A DNA stretch of 64,000 nt from Cyanophora paradoxa CCMP329. Its lineage: Eukaryota; Plantae; Glaucophyta. Numbering within the stretch: the stretch's first letter is position 1; every line of letters begins with the position of its first letter. The notes under the pieces are model-generated. The model was given only the letters and a program-made list of their open reading frames with translations. It made no database searches and had not been told where the DNA came from. Location of the stretch: the NCBI GenBank assembly GCA_004431415.1, contig QPMI01000089.1, positions 62,001 through 126,000 of the forward strand, in the 5' to 3' direction. A program made the position numbers and the translations under genes. Of the stretch, positions 38,881 through 50,267 are shown piece after piece.

Positions 38881-40896
38881 GCAAATGCGAAGCTGAACCT
38901 CCGCGCCCTCACGTGGAATATTCGCCGCTTGGAGGGGAAGGCGAGCGGCAACAATATTGCAACTAAATTTATCAGCGCAATTGACTATGGCCGCCGTGAC
39001 TGGGACTGCCACTTCGTTGCTCTTCAAGAGGTCGACATGGTCCCTACCGACCGCCCCCCCTCGAAGCCCTTTCCGCCCAATATCCGCGATCACCTGATTA
39101 AGACAGCAGTCCGCCGCCATAAATCTAGCTACCTTGTCTATTCTCCTCCATCCGCGGCCCGCCCTGGCACCGCTGGCTCCGCGCTATGGATCTCAGCAAG
39201 CTATGCAGCGCACCGCCAGGCGGATTATGCGTTTGACGGCCGAGTAGCCGGCGCCCGATTTGACTTCCCGCGCACGCGCGAGCGCCTCATTGTCCTCTCA
39301 CTCTACGTGCCGGACTGCGGGCACGACAATTTGCAAAAAGAGCTCCACGACCTCACCGAATACCTGACCGCGAAGGTCGCACCCGACATCCACGAACCTG
39401 ACTGGCAGACGCATCTCCTGGTACTCGGCGATATGAATAGCACCTACTCTCCGTGCAACGACCGGATCACCGGGGGCAACCGGCGCACTGAAACTACCCC
39501 CCCGAACTCCTACGCAGAAATATGGACCCTTTTCCGCGAGACCTGGGGTCTTTATGATACCGGAACCCCGGGCGATTTCACACATGTTTCCCGCCACGCC
39601 GACTTTCTTGACGATCAGGGCCACCGCCCCCTCCTGGACGCCGCCCGCATCGACTACGCCCTTGCCTCCCCCACTCTCGCGGCCCGATCACTAGGGACTC
39701 GCACGCTTTATGTCCCTGGCCGACCGTCCCCTTTACTCACAGCCGACCATCTCCCCGTACTTGCGACCTTCAAAACCGAAGGCGTGCTCTCTGCCCCCCC
39801 TACGGAGCCCCGCCAGCCCCGACCCCAGCCTCTCCCTCCTCTCTTCAACTATGCCGCCCAACCTGCACCCATCCGGCTTGCTTTCAAGCTCGCTGTCGAA
39901 ACTTTTCTCAATAAACACGGCCAGCGGTATATCCAGCTCCTTCTCACTCCCGAGAGCAGCCCCGACTACGCCCAACGCGCCACGAAATCCCACCGCTCCC
40001 TCCTCTGTGCTATCGCCCAAAGTATCAAGTCCGTCGCCCACTCCCAAGAATTCTCTACTGCTAAAGTCCTCCAACACCGCGTAGCTGCCCAGGGAGATAT
40101 GGCTAAGTTCAACCATCTATCTGCACTGGACGCTGACGACGAACAACTCGTTGGCCGCGTTGGACAGGCCTTACACGACTGGGCGCACCAAGGCTCCACA
40201 GACCACCCGCCTGACGAAACTATCCGGGCCGTCCTCCGGGACCTTCCCAAAGACGTGACGGACATCCGAAAAGCTGCGGGCTCGGACACCACACTGACAT
40301 TCTGCCCCTCCCTCCTCGCTTTCCCCGACCCTCCCAATTACCCTGAATTCGAGAATGGTACCATTACAGGCTCTGAAATCGCCGAGTACCATACTCAACT
40401 AAGTACATGGCACTTACAGGCGCGGGCCGCCCTGGACAATCATCGCCGTGCATATACCGAAGCCGACATTGCTCGCAATATTGACACCCGCCGCCACCTC
40501 CTGTCCCACTGTCGAAGTATGGGTCGGGCTATTCAACTCCTCCTCTCCCGCTTCCGATCCGCCCCCCGCCTATACCTTACCCGCACGGCAGCGGGGCTAC
40601 CCGAAGTGCTCACTGATCCCAATGAAATTAAACGCGCACATCTGGATCACTTCAAAAATTTCTGGCGACTCCGCAAGGCTGCCCCAAACCTGGATGCCAT
40701 AGCTACGAAATTCGCGGACATTGAAAACGGCGCCTGGTTGGGCAGATTTTGGAAACGCCAGTACCGACCCCTTTCCCACTTCACCCCCGCCGTCTGGGAC
40801 GGACTAATGGCCATGCCAGAGGACCCCGAACTCGATCGCCTCATCTCGTCCCTGTCCAATGGTGCAGGCGGTCCTCCGGCCTCACGAACGGAATGA
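38881..40896 (+). CDS. Retrotransposon ORF2 part 1: apurinic-like endonuclease (APE) and linker
   Basis: LTWNIR, LQEVD, SLYVP, LGDMNS, ARIDY, TADHLPV. Frameshift at ~40870 joins it to the RT frame (GAGG/SSGLTNGMIK). Confidence 0.92.
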   Translation, partial: ANAKLNLRALTWNIRRLEGKASGNNIATKFISAIDYGRRDWDCHFVALQEVDMVPTDRPPSKPFPPNIRDHLIKTAVRRHKSSYLVYSPPSAARPGTAGSALWISASYAAHRQADYAFDGRVAGARFDFPRTRERLIVLSLYVPDCGHDNLQKELHDLTEYLTAKVAPDIHEPDWQTHLLVLGDMNSTYSPCNDRITGGNRRTETTPPNSYAEIWTLFRETWGLYDTGTPGDFTHVSRHADFLDDQGHRPLLDAARIDYALASPTLAARSLGTRTLYVPGRPSPLLTADHLPVLATFKTEGVLSAPPTEPRQPRPQPLPPLFNYAAQPAPIRLAFKLAVETFLNKHGQRYIQLLLTPESSPDYAQRATKSHRSLLCAIAQSIKSVAHSQEFSTAKVLQHRVAAQGDMAKFNHLSALDADDEQLVGRVGQALHDWAHQGSTDHPPDETIRAVLRDLPKDVTDIRKAAGSDTTLTFCPSLLAFPDPPNYPEFENGTITGSEIAEYHTQLSTWHLQARAALDNHRRAYTEADIARNIDTRRHLLSHCRSMGRAIQLLLSRFRSAPRLYLTRTAAGLPEVLTDPNEIKRAHLDHFKNFWRLRKAAPNLDAIATKFADIENGAWLGRFWKRQYRPLSHFTPAVWDGLMAMPEDPELDRLISSLSNGAGGPPASRTE

Positions 40897-43800
40897 TTAA
40901 AATGCTCTGGTCCCCCCTCCGCCTCTCCAAGACGGAACGCCAGGCCTTAGCCGCCTCACACTCTACCGACGAGATAAACAGCTTCGAGTCCGCGGCTCAC
41001 TGGACCACCTCGCGCGACGCCATCCGAGCTCTAGTTCAATCCACTCTTCTCGGCCACGTGCCCGACCACGCACTTCGCGGTCAAGTCTACGCTATCCCGA
41101 AACGTGATAATTCAGCAGATCTTGCCGATCTCCGCCCCATCACCCTTCAAGAAGTCACCTGGAAGCTGGTCACGGGCCTCCTGACCCACCGCATGGAAGA
41201 CCGCATTGATACACATAACATACTACGCGGCCGCAACTATGGTTTTTGTCGCCGCGAATCTACCGACCCTGTTCTCTACGCCCTCCGATCCTCCCTCGAG
41301 GACGCGCACCAGTTCAAAAAGCCAATCTTCGGCGGCCTGGGGGATATTGCCAGCGCCTACGACAGTGTCTCCTGGCATAGCCAAGAGCTCAGCCTTAATC
41401 GTATCCAACTCCACCTCCATCCTGAAGGAAAACGCTATATAGCCCTCCACAAAAAAGCAGCTCAACACCGCACGGCGTGCATCCTTACCCCCCACGGCCG
41501 CACGGACTATTTTCAAGTCCCCTGTGGCCTCCCCCAAGGAGGCATCGAAGCCCCTCTCCACTGGCGCATTTTCTTCGACGCCGCTCTCACCGCCATAGAA
41601 GAACGAGCGACTCAGTCCAATTTCGGCTACCAGCTCGGGCCGCACCGATCTGACCCTACCCGCCCCCGTTCCCCCCGCCCACCATGTCCTGGCGAACCCC
41701 TCTACTTCCCCGCCGGTCCCTGCCCCACAGTCTCTGTGCTCGCATACGCCGATGACACCACCATGCTTGCCAGCTCGGCTCAGGGTCTCCAACATATGCT
41801 TGACTGGTTGTCCGAATTTCTCCATATCCATGGCATGAACCTGAACGCCAAAAAGACGGAAATTTTCCACTGGAAACCCCCCCGATCCGAAGCGCCAGTC
41901 AAGAGCAAATACTATGTCGGCGTCGGCGATTCCAGAGCTGAGGTTGGCCACATCCTCTCCCCCACAACACCATTCCGCGTCCTCGGCGTCCAGTTTACTG
42001 CGACCCTGTCTTGGACCCACCAAGTCCGTCTACTCAAGTCCCAGCTCCAGTCCGCAATCTCCGTCTTAGCCACAAAGAAGATTACCGTCCACGAATTCCA
42101 AGTGATACTACATCGGGTTCTCTTCCCCAAACTGGCATACCCTCTCCGCATCATGACCTTAACGCCATCCCAATGCCAATCCCTCGACGCTGTCTGGCTC
42201 ACCGCGGCCAAACACACGGCCAACCTGGCCCAGTCCGTTTCCACGGCTGCCTTCTCTTCCATCTATCGCCTTCCCTCAATAGCTGTCATCCAACGCCAAC
42301 AGCAGTGCGTCGACGAGCGCCTCCGCCAGGAACTAGCCTCTCACACATCATCACTCTACGGCCAAATATACCGACAACGTGTCCTCGACACCCAGGCCCG
42401 ATACGGGCTTCCCCTTCTCCCACACGAATATCCGAACCTCCCCTCGGGGCCCCTCACACTACAGAAAAATATTACGCTTGCCATCACGGCAGACCTGACC
42501 TCCACCTCCCATCACATCCTCACAACGTGCGACTCCTGGACACATGGCCTCCCCTCCCGCCGCTCCCATCTTCGACGAGAATATATTATATCAACGCAAT
42601 TGTCGCCCCTCACCCTCCAACAAGCCGGTCAGCGACTCTATCGCTGCGGCCTCCTCACAATCCGCGACATCACGGCCCCTGACGGCTCCCTTGCCGAATG
42701 GTCCCTCCTCTGGAGTCACGGCCGTGTCCCGGCATACTACAAACGTGCCCCCTCCTGGTGGGACGCTGTCCGCGAAGAACTCTCTCTTCCCCGCCCCTCC
42801 ACCCGGTCCCCTTTCCTCCCCCGCCACCCTATGCCTCCGCCGCCCTCTATCCCAGACATTCGTCGCTCTCTCCAAGCTAATGCCGTCCTTGCAGGACTCA
42901 ACATTGGTGACTTTGTCTGGACATCCCAAGGCCTGGTCGGCCGCGTCGTGGGGAAACCCCCTATCCCAGACGAAAACCCGGACGAACTAGCTTCGGAGGA
43001 CTCCGATGCGGATCCTAACTGCCCCCGAGATTCAGAGTATAACTATGGGGTGGAACTCGTCCATTACTGCCTCACCCCATATGATGGCTTCTCCATGCGC
43101 GACCCCGGTCTATCGGCGCTTGAGCTCGACCCCGCCTGGCGTGAACGCAGACTGGAATTCCAATTTTGCCCTCACCCAAAATACTGCGGCTCTGAACAGC
43201 TTCATCGCGAGCTGGGCCTCTCTACGACTGCTTGTCGATGGGTCGAGTACGCATCTCACGTCCGCCGAATCCCGGCAGGCTCGTCGTGCGAATCGAAGGG
43301 CTGGTCTCCGAGCCTCTCCAATCTCAATAGGCCGGTGCCCACCCGCTCCCGGCAGCTGCCCGACTCCACCTCCGCCTTCACATGCTCCCACTCTAGAGGA
43401 CAGCAGCCCTCCCGTGCTCAACCCACACGAGCAGCTAAAAAAGCCCGCCTTGACCCCTCCTCAGCTACCCCTCCTGCTCAATATGACCCCGAACTCCCCC
43501 CTCCCAACCTCCCCCGCGAAATCACACACATTGGCTTCATCGACCTCTGGCTCCGGGAAACTGACTGGTGGGACTCTTTCCGAGCGGAGGCCCAGGCTAC
43601 CAATGTTGCCCTCGAGAGACGCCCACGCCTTATGACCCCCGCATCACAAGCCGACCGCGACTTCTATGAATCCCCGGCCGGGCTCGACTTCCTTTTCATT
43701 ACCTCCCGAGCCCTTTTCGCAGAGCTCTGCCCTACACTCCGCGCACTAAACTCCCCGCCCCTTCCCTCCGGACCTACTCCCCGGGTAATATACACGGACG

Positions 43801-45190
43801 CCAGCACACAAAAACAGGGCTCCGCCTCCGTCCGAACCACTTACGCCGGCCTTGCACCCCTCGAAAATAATCCCGACCTGCCTGACAAAATCGAGTTCGC
43901 CCACCGTCTCCCCGGCGTCCAACACAACGTGAACCTGGGAGAGCTAGCAGGCACAATCTCCGCAGCATTCACGTATTTCGGGCCCACGGGCGGGAAAATT
44001 ATCACGGACAGTCAGAACACTATCCGAGCCCTGACAGCCTTCGCCTTTCAAGACCCTTCATCTTTCTCCCATCCCATCAACTTCCGCACCCTGCTCCGCC
44101 GAGAAGACGGGGCCCTCCTCCTCAACGCTCGAACGCAATACGCCATTCGTATCGCCCAAGACCCGAACTTCCAAGTCACGCTTCAGTGGGTCCCCTCTCA
44201 CCAACCAAAGACCATCCCGCGGCCACCTGCAACGGCTCCAACACCAACGACGACCCGCCGCCCGGCCCCCTCTTCCCCCCGCCGACCCCGTGTCCCCCTC
44301 AGCGGACCAGCTGCCCCCCTACCTACCGCCCCGCAGACGTTCTCTGCCTCGGCTCCCTACCACTATATTGGCGGAATGGACATCCCCGATGCCCGACTCC
44401 TTTTTTCGGACGACTCCTCCCCACCCCTCCCCCCGTCCCTATTCTCGTCCCTCTTCCCGCCTCGCCGGCACATTCGCACATATATTCTAGCTGACAGCCC
44501 CGCCGACTACCATTTCCTCCGATGCCAAGCGGACCTCGTTGACTATGTAGACGCCTCTGAGACTACCAACACCCACCTGGTCCTCGACCTCGTCCCCCTC
44601 GCGTCCGCCAGACTTGAACGCGCCTTCACGGCGGCGGAAACCGTCATCTGGAACCGCTGCATCCGACTTCCCAAGGATCATGCTCTCTTCCCCTCCGACG
44701 AACACCTGACCATTGTCTCGGACTGCGACATCCTCCGCGCCTACTCCGCTTTCCTTGAAGCCTTAGGACGCAGAGACATCACTCACAGCATCTCCTTCCA
44801 GTGCTGCTCCCCTCCCAACCCAATCTTCCTTCAACCACTCCCCGAGGACGCCCCTGATGTTGACTACCCTGATCCCGGGCCTACAAGGAAACTCGCCCTC
44901 GACTATTACTTAGCCCATCCTAGGGGTTCCGGCCCCACCTGGCATTTCTACCCCACTTCCCTCTGCAAACCCGCTGTCCCCGCCGACCGTGACACGCCTT
45001 TCCCCGCCTGGTACTGGGACGAGGATCTTACACTCGCCCCCACCTCCCAGACCGAGGCTGGCACCCCTCTGGTCGCGTACCACCGTTGCGACCCTGGCAT
45101 GTGGGGCGTTCCTATTTCCTCCCTGATCGCAGAACAATGGGCACGGGGACCCGCCCTGTCCTGCCCGCACTGCCACCCACCCCCCCCCCC
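40870..45190 (+). CDS. Retrotransposon ORF2 part 2: reverse transcriptase, N-terminal part of RNase H, unknown inserted domain
   Basis: LRPITLQE, NYGF, DIASAYDSV, GLPQGG, LAYADDT, RVLGV. RNase H YTDAS (~43790), GELAG, TDSQN, WVPSH (44187-44201). Confidence 0.95.
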
Positions 45191-47300
45191 CCTGGCCCCC
45201 ACCCACGTTCCCTTTCCGCGACCAAACCGGCGCCCTTCCTGTTTTATTCGAACGCTATGGACGCCGAGCCATCCCCTACTCAGCTGCCATCGACCCTGAC
45301 GGCCCCAGGTATGATCGCCGAGTACTTCCCCTCCTCGACGGCATAAAATCTCGCCTGGCTGCCCTTAAAGCGGCCCCCCTCTCCCTCATCGACCCCAACC
45401 CCCGGTCTGGGGCCCACCTGGCCACACCCGTTCTCCTCGCACAACCCATACCTGCAGAACCCGTCGACGCTTTCTTCAGACTTCTCCAAAACCGACAAGT
45501 CTCCTTCCGCCTTCATGCCCCGACCACCCCCAAGTGCCTCTTCCTCTCGTCCTCCCACGCAACCTCGATCCTCATGGGCACAGCCCCCACTGCCCTCTCT
45601 CTCAAAGCCCGCGCAGGCCAGCCACACCTGGACCGACCCTACGTCCCGCACCCTTTCTCCCCAACGGAATACGATTATATTCTCCTCCCCCTGCCCCCCT
45701 CTGGGTCCCGACCCTGGCGACTAGCAATCATCTCGGCCCGCCTCCGCGAAATCCGCATCCTGGACGTCACCCGCAAACCCGCCTCCGACGTCACGGCCCC
45801 TCTTAAAGACTGGGTCATCAGCTGGTGGACGGCGACTCTCCGCCCCGGCGACCCCTCCCCACGCTCGGCCTGGAAGTACGACACCAGCACCTTCCCCACA
45901 CAAGCCTGGAAAAACGTCCACACGGGTGAAGACGCTCTCTTCGTCATGACTGCTGCTGAGTTCATTGGCCGCGGTGAGGAAGTCCACCTGTATGGCAAAG
46001 GACGGGGCCGCCCTATCCCCTTCCACGCCCCCATCTACCGGGAGCGTTGGGCGGCCGCTCTCCTTCTCCGGGACCCTGAGGTTCTCCTGGGGACAGTCCA
46101 GGCTAACGACCCGGCATTCACAACAAAACGACAGCGCATGACCCCGCGCACCAGCTCCCGCCCCTCCCAGCACACGGCAGCCAAAGCCCGCCGTCCGGTC
46201 AGACGCAAGCGAGACCCCACCCCTCCTCCCTTCCGTCCTCCCCTCTCCCCCCCGTCCCTTACACCGGTAACCCCCCGGTCCCCCAATTCCCCTCCCTCCT
46301 CCCCGCAGCCCCCCACCCCCCCCCACCCTGCCCTTCCCCACCCCCACGCCCCCGGCGCCCGAGGCCCGACCAACTACTTCCCCAGGCCGAACCCCCGCTC
46401 ACCCGACTGAATTTCCCCTCCCTCGCCCCCTGACGCTGGCGGAGAAAAGTTGGCTGGGAATGCCTTCCGGTTTGCAGACAATGATTACTGCGCGGAGCAA
46501 ACTCTCATGTCGAAACCCCCCTCCCACCCGCCCCCCGACATGACCCTCATCGCCACTCCCTCATTCGACGAGGCGACCTTATCCACCTCCGGCCGCATGC
46601 CGCCCTCAGCCTCCCCCTTGTGGAAGCCTTCCTTGACATGCTCTCCTCCCGTGAAGCCGCCCTGGCCTCGCCTCACCCTGCCTACTTCCTGTCGTCCAGC
46701 TCCTATCCCGCTAGTGCAGCCTCCCAATTTGACTCTCGGGGCTCTGCCCTTCTCCCCCTGCACCAATACCTTCCCCCCGGACGCCTTCTCGATGCCCGCC
46801 TTGTCCTTGTCCCCATCCTTACCTATCGCCCCACTCATCATACCCCACCAGCCCCCTCGCCGACCCTTCCCTCAGGCAGATCCCGGCACCCTCAGGGCCC
46901 CCCGGGACACTGGCACCTACTCGCTTTATTTCCTCAGACGCGCTCGTTCTACATTCACAACGGCTCCCTCGACGTCCCTGATCACCTTGTCTCCTTTGCA
47001 CAAGACTTGGCCGCCACTTGGAGTCACCGCGACTCTGGTTCCCCCCTCCCCCTCACTCCATTCTGCAGATGGACCTATTTACGCCCGGAGACATCCCTCT
47101 CCGTTCTCCAGCCCCCCAACAGCACGGCCTGCGGCCCTCTCCTCCTCCTCACAGCTGACCTACTCAGTCGCTCCTCAGCACTTGCCCCGTCGGACTTGCC
47201 CCGCCCCCCAGCCTACATTCAGATCGACAATGCAACGCTCCGCAGATACCGTGAATATATTGCCCTCAGCCTCTGCTACGGGTCCGTCACCCTTGACCCT
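45190..47300 (+). CDS. Retrotransposon ORF2 part 3: two tandem Ulp1/C48-like peptidase domains (first degenerate, second with catalytic residues)
   Basis: Domain 1: VDAFFRLL..KCLFLSS..YDYILLPL..PWRLAII..IRILD..PTQ..EDALFVMTAAE. Domain 2: VEAFLDML..AYFLSS..LVLVPI..GHWHLLAL..IHNGS..QPPNSTACG. Confidence 0.7.
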
Positions 47301-47769
47301 ATATGCTGTGGTCCTGCCCTCCCGGCCCTCAGACCCCCACCGACCTTCCCGGGGCGTCCCCACCCGCCACGCCGCCCCCCGGTCTCCACTGGCGGCACCC
47401 TGCCTACCCTAGACTCCCCACCATCCTCCCCCGACCACCCAGCCCTCCCGCGCTCCCCAACTGTGCTTGAGTCTACCCCGCCTCGCCCTGCAGGGCCCGC
47501 CACCCCCCTCCCTCCCGGTGCTCGCTACGCCCAAGAACTCGCCTCTCAGCTCGCTGACCTGGCCCGCAACGAAGCTTCCGCAACAGCACGCCGTCTCTTC
47601 CGGCCGTCCCACGTGACCCCACTCGAGGCGGCGACCATCCTAGCTGAAGCCGCTCACCGCGACGCCGCCCAGCCGCCACCACGGTCCGCCAAAACATCTA
47701 AAACGGTCGCAAAGAAAGAGGCGGCCCGGACCCCGGCCAAGAACCGTATCCCGAACCCAGCATATACTC

Positions 47770-50267
47770 CTGACAACTGCCACAATGACGCCGTTGACAA
47801 GCTTGCCAAAACGACCCCAGACGCCCCCCTCTCAGCCCTTCTCTTCATTCCCCACAGTTTCAAATGCTTCCTCATCCGCGTCGGCCTCCCGCCCCCGTCA
47901 TCCCAAGGCCCAGTTCCAGGAGCCGAGCCCTACAGAGGCAGACTCCATGCATACCGCGTTGAGGGGGACCCCCGCTCTCACTTCCTAGCCGAAGCCTCCC
48001 TCTCCAATACCTCGACTGGCGCCAGCTTCGCAACGCGGGGGCCGTCCTCAGCAATCCTCACGTTACCCTCGCCCCAGCCCTCTCCCTCGTGTCCGACAAG
48101 CCACCGGACCGCCGTACCCCCACAGGCGATCACCTCCGCAAAGTCAGATTCCAATGCATTCTTGGAGGCCTCCCCTCCCTCACCATCCGCCTCCTCCACG
48201 ACCCCGACCTATACGGCCCTCTCTTTCCTGACGGTATCGCCCACTGCCCCTTCTGTCACCTCCCTCCCACCCCTGCCCCAGTCCCCGAGGACCCTGCTTC
48301 CCCACCCCCACCCTCCCCGCCCCCTGCCACGTTCACCCCCCCGGGCTCCCCCCCGCCCTCTTCCCCACCGAGGGCCGCAGACCCCAGACAGCCCGACCCC
48401 ACAACCCACCCCCCCGAAGACTTCATTCACATATTTACTTGCCCCGCCGCTCGCCTCCTCCTCCAAGCTCTCCAGGACGCACTCGTGACCTTCCTCCGCA
48501 CCCGGGTTCTCCGCCACTCGCCCAAACCCTTAGGACACGACGATACTATTTTTCAACTCTTTCCCTTCCTCCGCCTCGTCTCCCCTGACCCCGCCTCTCC
48601 CCTCCAATCCGCCCTCCTCTCCCCCACTGAAAATCCGGCCCTTTTCCGCCCCCCAGGTCTCACCGATACCCTATGGACAAAGCTTAGCCCGGCCTTGGCT
48701 GACCTGCTCCCCTTCCCCGCCCCTGCCCTCCTGCGCCTCGGTACCCCGGCAGGATTGCCCGCCCTCTGCACAGCCCTGGGCATTAACAAGACCACCACAA
48801 TGTCAATCCAAAAAGATTTAGCGCTACTCCTCGACCAACACCTCCGTGCGATCTGGAGGGACCGCTGCGCCCGCAACCACGCCTGGGAGCTCCGACAAGG
48901 CATCACTGACAGAACCAAACGTCGATACCGCAAACATGCCGACACCAAACCCTCCCGCTCGCCGCCAGTACAGCCGCCTGGTCCCCCCCTCCCCCCCCGC
49001 CCCCCCCGCCCCCTCCCTCCATGATACTATCTCCATCACTGACTTCTGCTGCGGATTGGACTCGGAAAGCCAACCATGGGTTCTCCTGGAAAATTTCCGC
49101 CAGGCAATTGCACGACTCCCTGCCTCCCCCTCGCCCCAGACCGCCCCCTCCCCCCAGGCCCCCCCCTCCCCCCAGCCGCCCAATACCAGCACCGTAGCCA
49201 TGACATCTGACTTCTCTTGTACCTGTGGCACCCGATTTGCCTCCGCAGCTGCCCTCCAGGCCCACTCCGACGCCAGACGGGGAAAGTGCCCCGCTCGCCC
49301 TGAGACCACCTCATACTCTAGATCTGCCTCCCAACCTGCTGCACCCCCAACGCAACCTTCTCACAAGAACCCCGACAATGGCACCCTGCCCGCTTTGCTC
49401 ACGGGCCCTACGTCCGCTACTCAACCTTCCAAGCGCCCCGCCCTAACGCCCCCCCTGGCCCCTCCCTCGAAACGAACTCGCCCGTCGCCTGCCTCACGCA
49501 AACGGACAACCGATACTCCCCCCGCCCCGGCACCCAAACGCCCGCGCCCCATGACCCCTCCCCTTCCCGCCTCTTCACCCGCCCCACCCGTACCTACGGC
49601 GAAAAGAAAGGCAGCCGGTCGCAAGACCCCCAAGCGCGGAACCAAAAAAGCGCGAACGGTGTCGATACCCGCTGGACAACTCACAATCACGTCCCTCTTC
49701 GCACCTGGAGTGTACAAACCACTAACGACGCTTCCAGTAGCCGACTCTCCCCCCCCCTCCTCGCTTCAGCCGGCCCCCCCGACCGAGACCCCGCACGAGG
49801 CCGCCCCGCCGCCCCCTACGGTCCCTCCCCCGGCCCCAACCGACTCACAAGTGTCGAACCCCTCGTTGACTCCGGCCACCCCCATGGCTTCGGCCCCCCC
49901 ACTGGCTTCGGCCCCCCCCTCGGCTTCGGCCACCCCATCGGCTTCGGCCCCCCCCCCGGCTTCGGCCACCCCATCGGCCTCGGCCACCCCTCTGGCCTCG
50001 GCCACCCCCCCTACTCAGACCGACCCCTCCCGACCCCTCGCGACCCGCCTCGTCTCCGCACTCCCCGCTCTCTGCGCCGCCTGTCAGTGCCCACGCTCAC
50101 TCCACTCTGCCGTCCCGGCACCGCTCCCTGCCCTGCCCCGCATCCGCTGCCCACCCCCTCCCGCTGCCGCCGCCCACTCCCTCTCCTTCCTCATATCTTC
50201 CTCCTACCACCTTCTTCACCTCGACAGAACGGGACACCGATTAATCGGGGTCCTGGGGCGCAGGTGA
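47770..50267 (+). CDS. Retrotransposon ORF2 part 4: RNase H C-terminal helix, CCHC finger, extra Zn fingers, NLS-like and PIP-box-like motifs
   Basis: HNDAVDKLAK (~47780-47810), CPFCH...EDFIHIFTCP, IWRDRCARNHAWE, CTCGTRFASAAALQAH..C, KRKAAGRKTPKR, QLTITSLF, CAACQCPRSLH. Frameshifts at ~48000-48090 and ~49010. Confidence 0.8.

Noticed and set aside
38881-50267. Assignment to Dualen/RandI (dual endonuclease)
   Set aside because: No PD-(D/E)xK restriction-like endonuclease was recognised after the CCHC finger. The IWxxR-type C-terminus is L1-like and the protease is C48-like. An RT tree is still needed.
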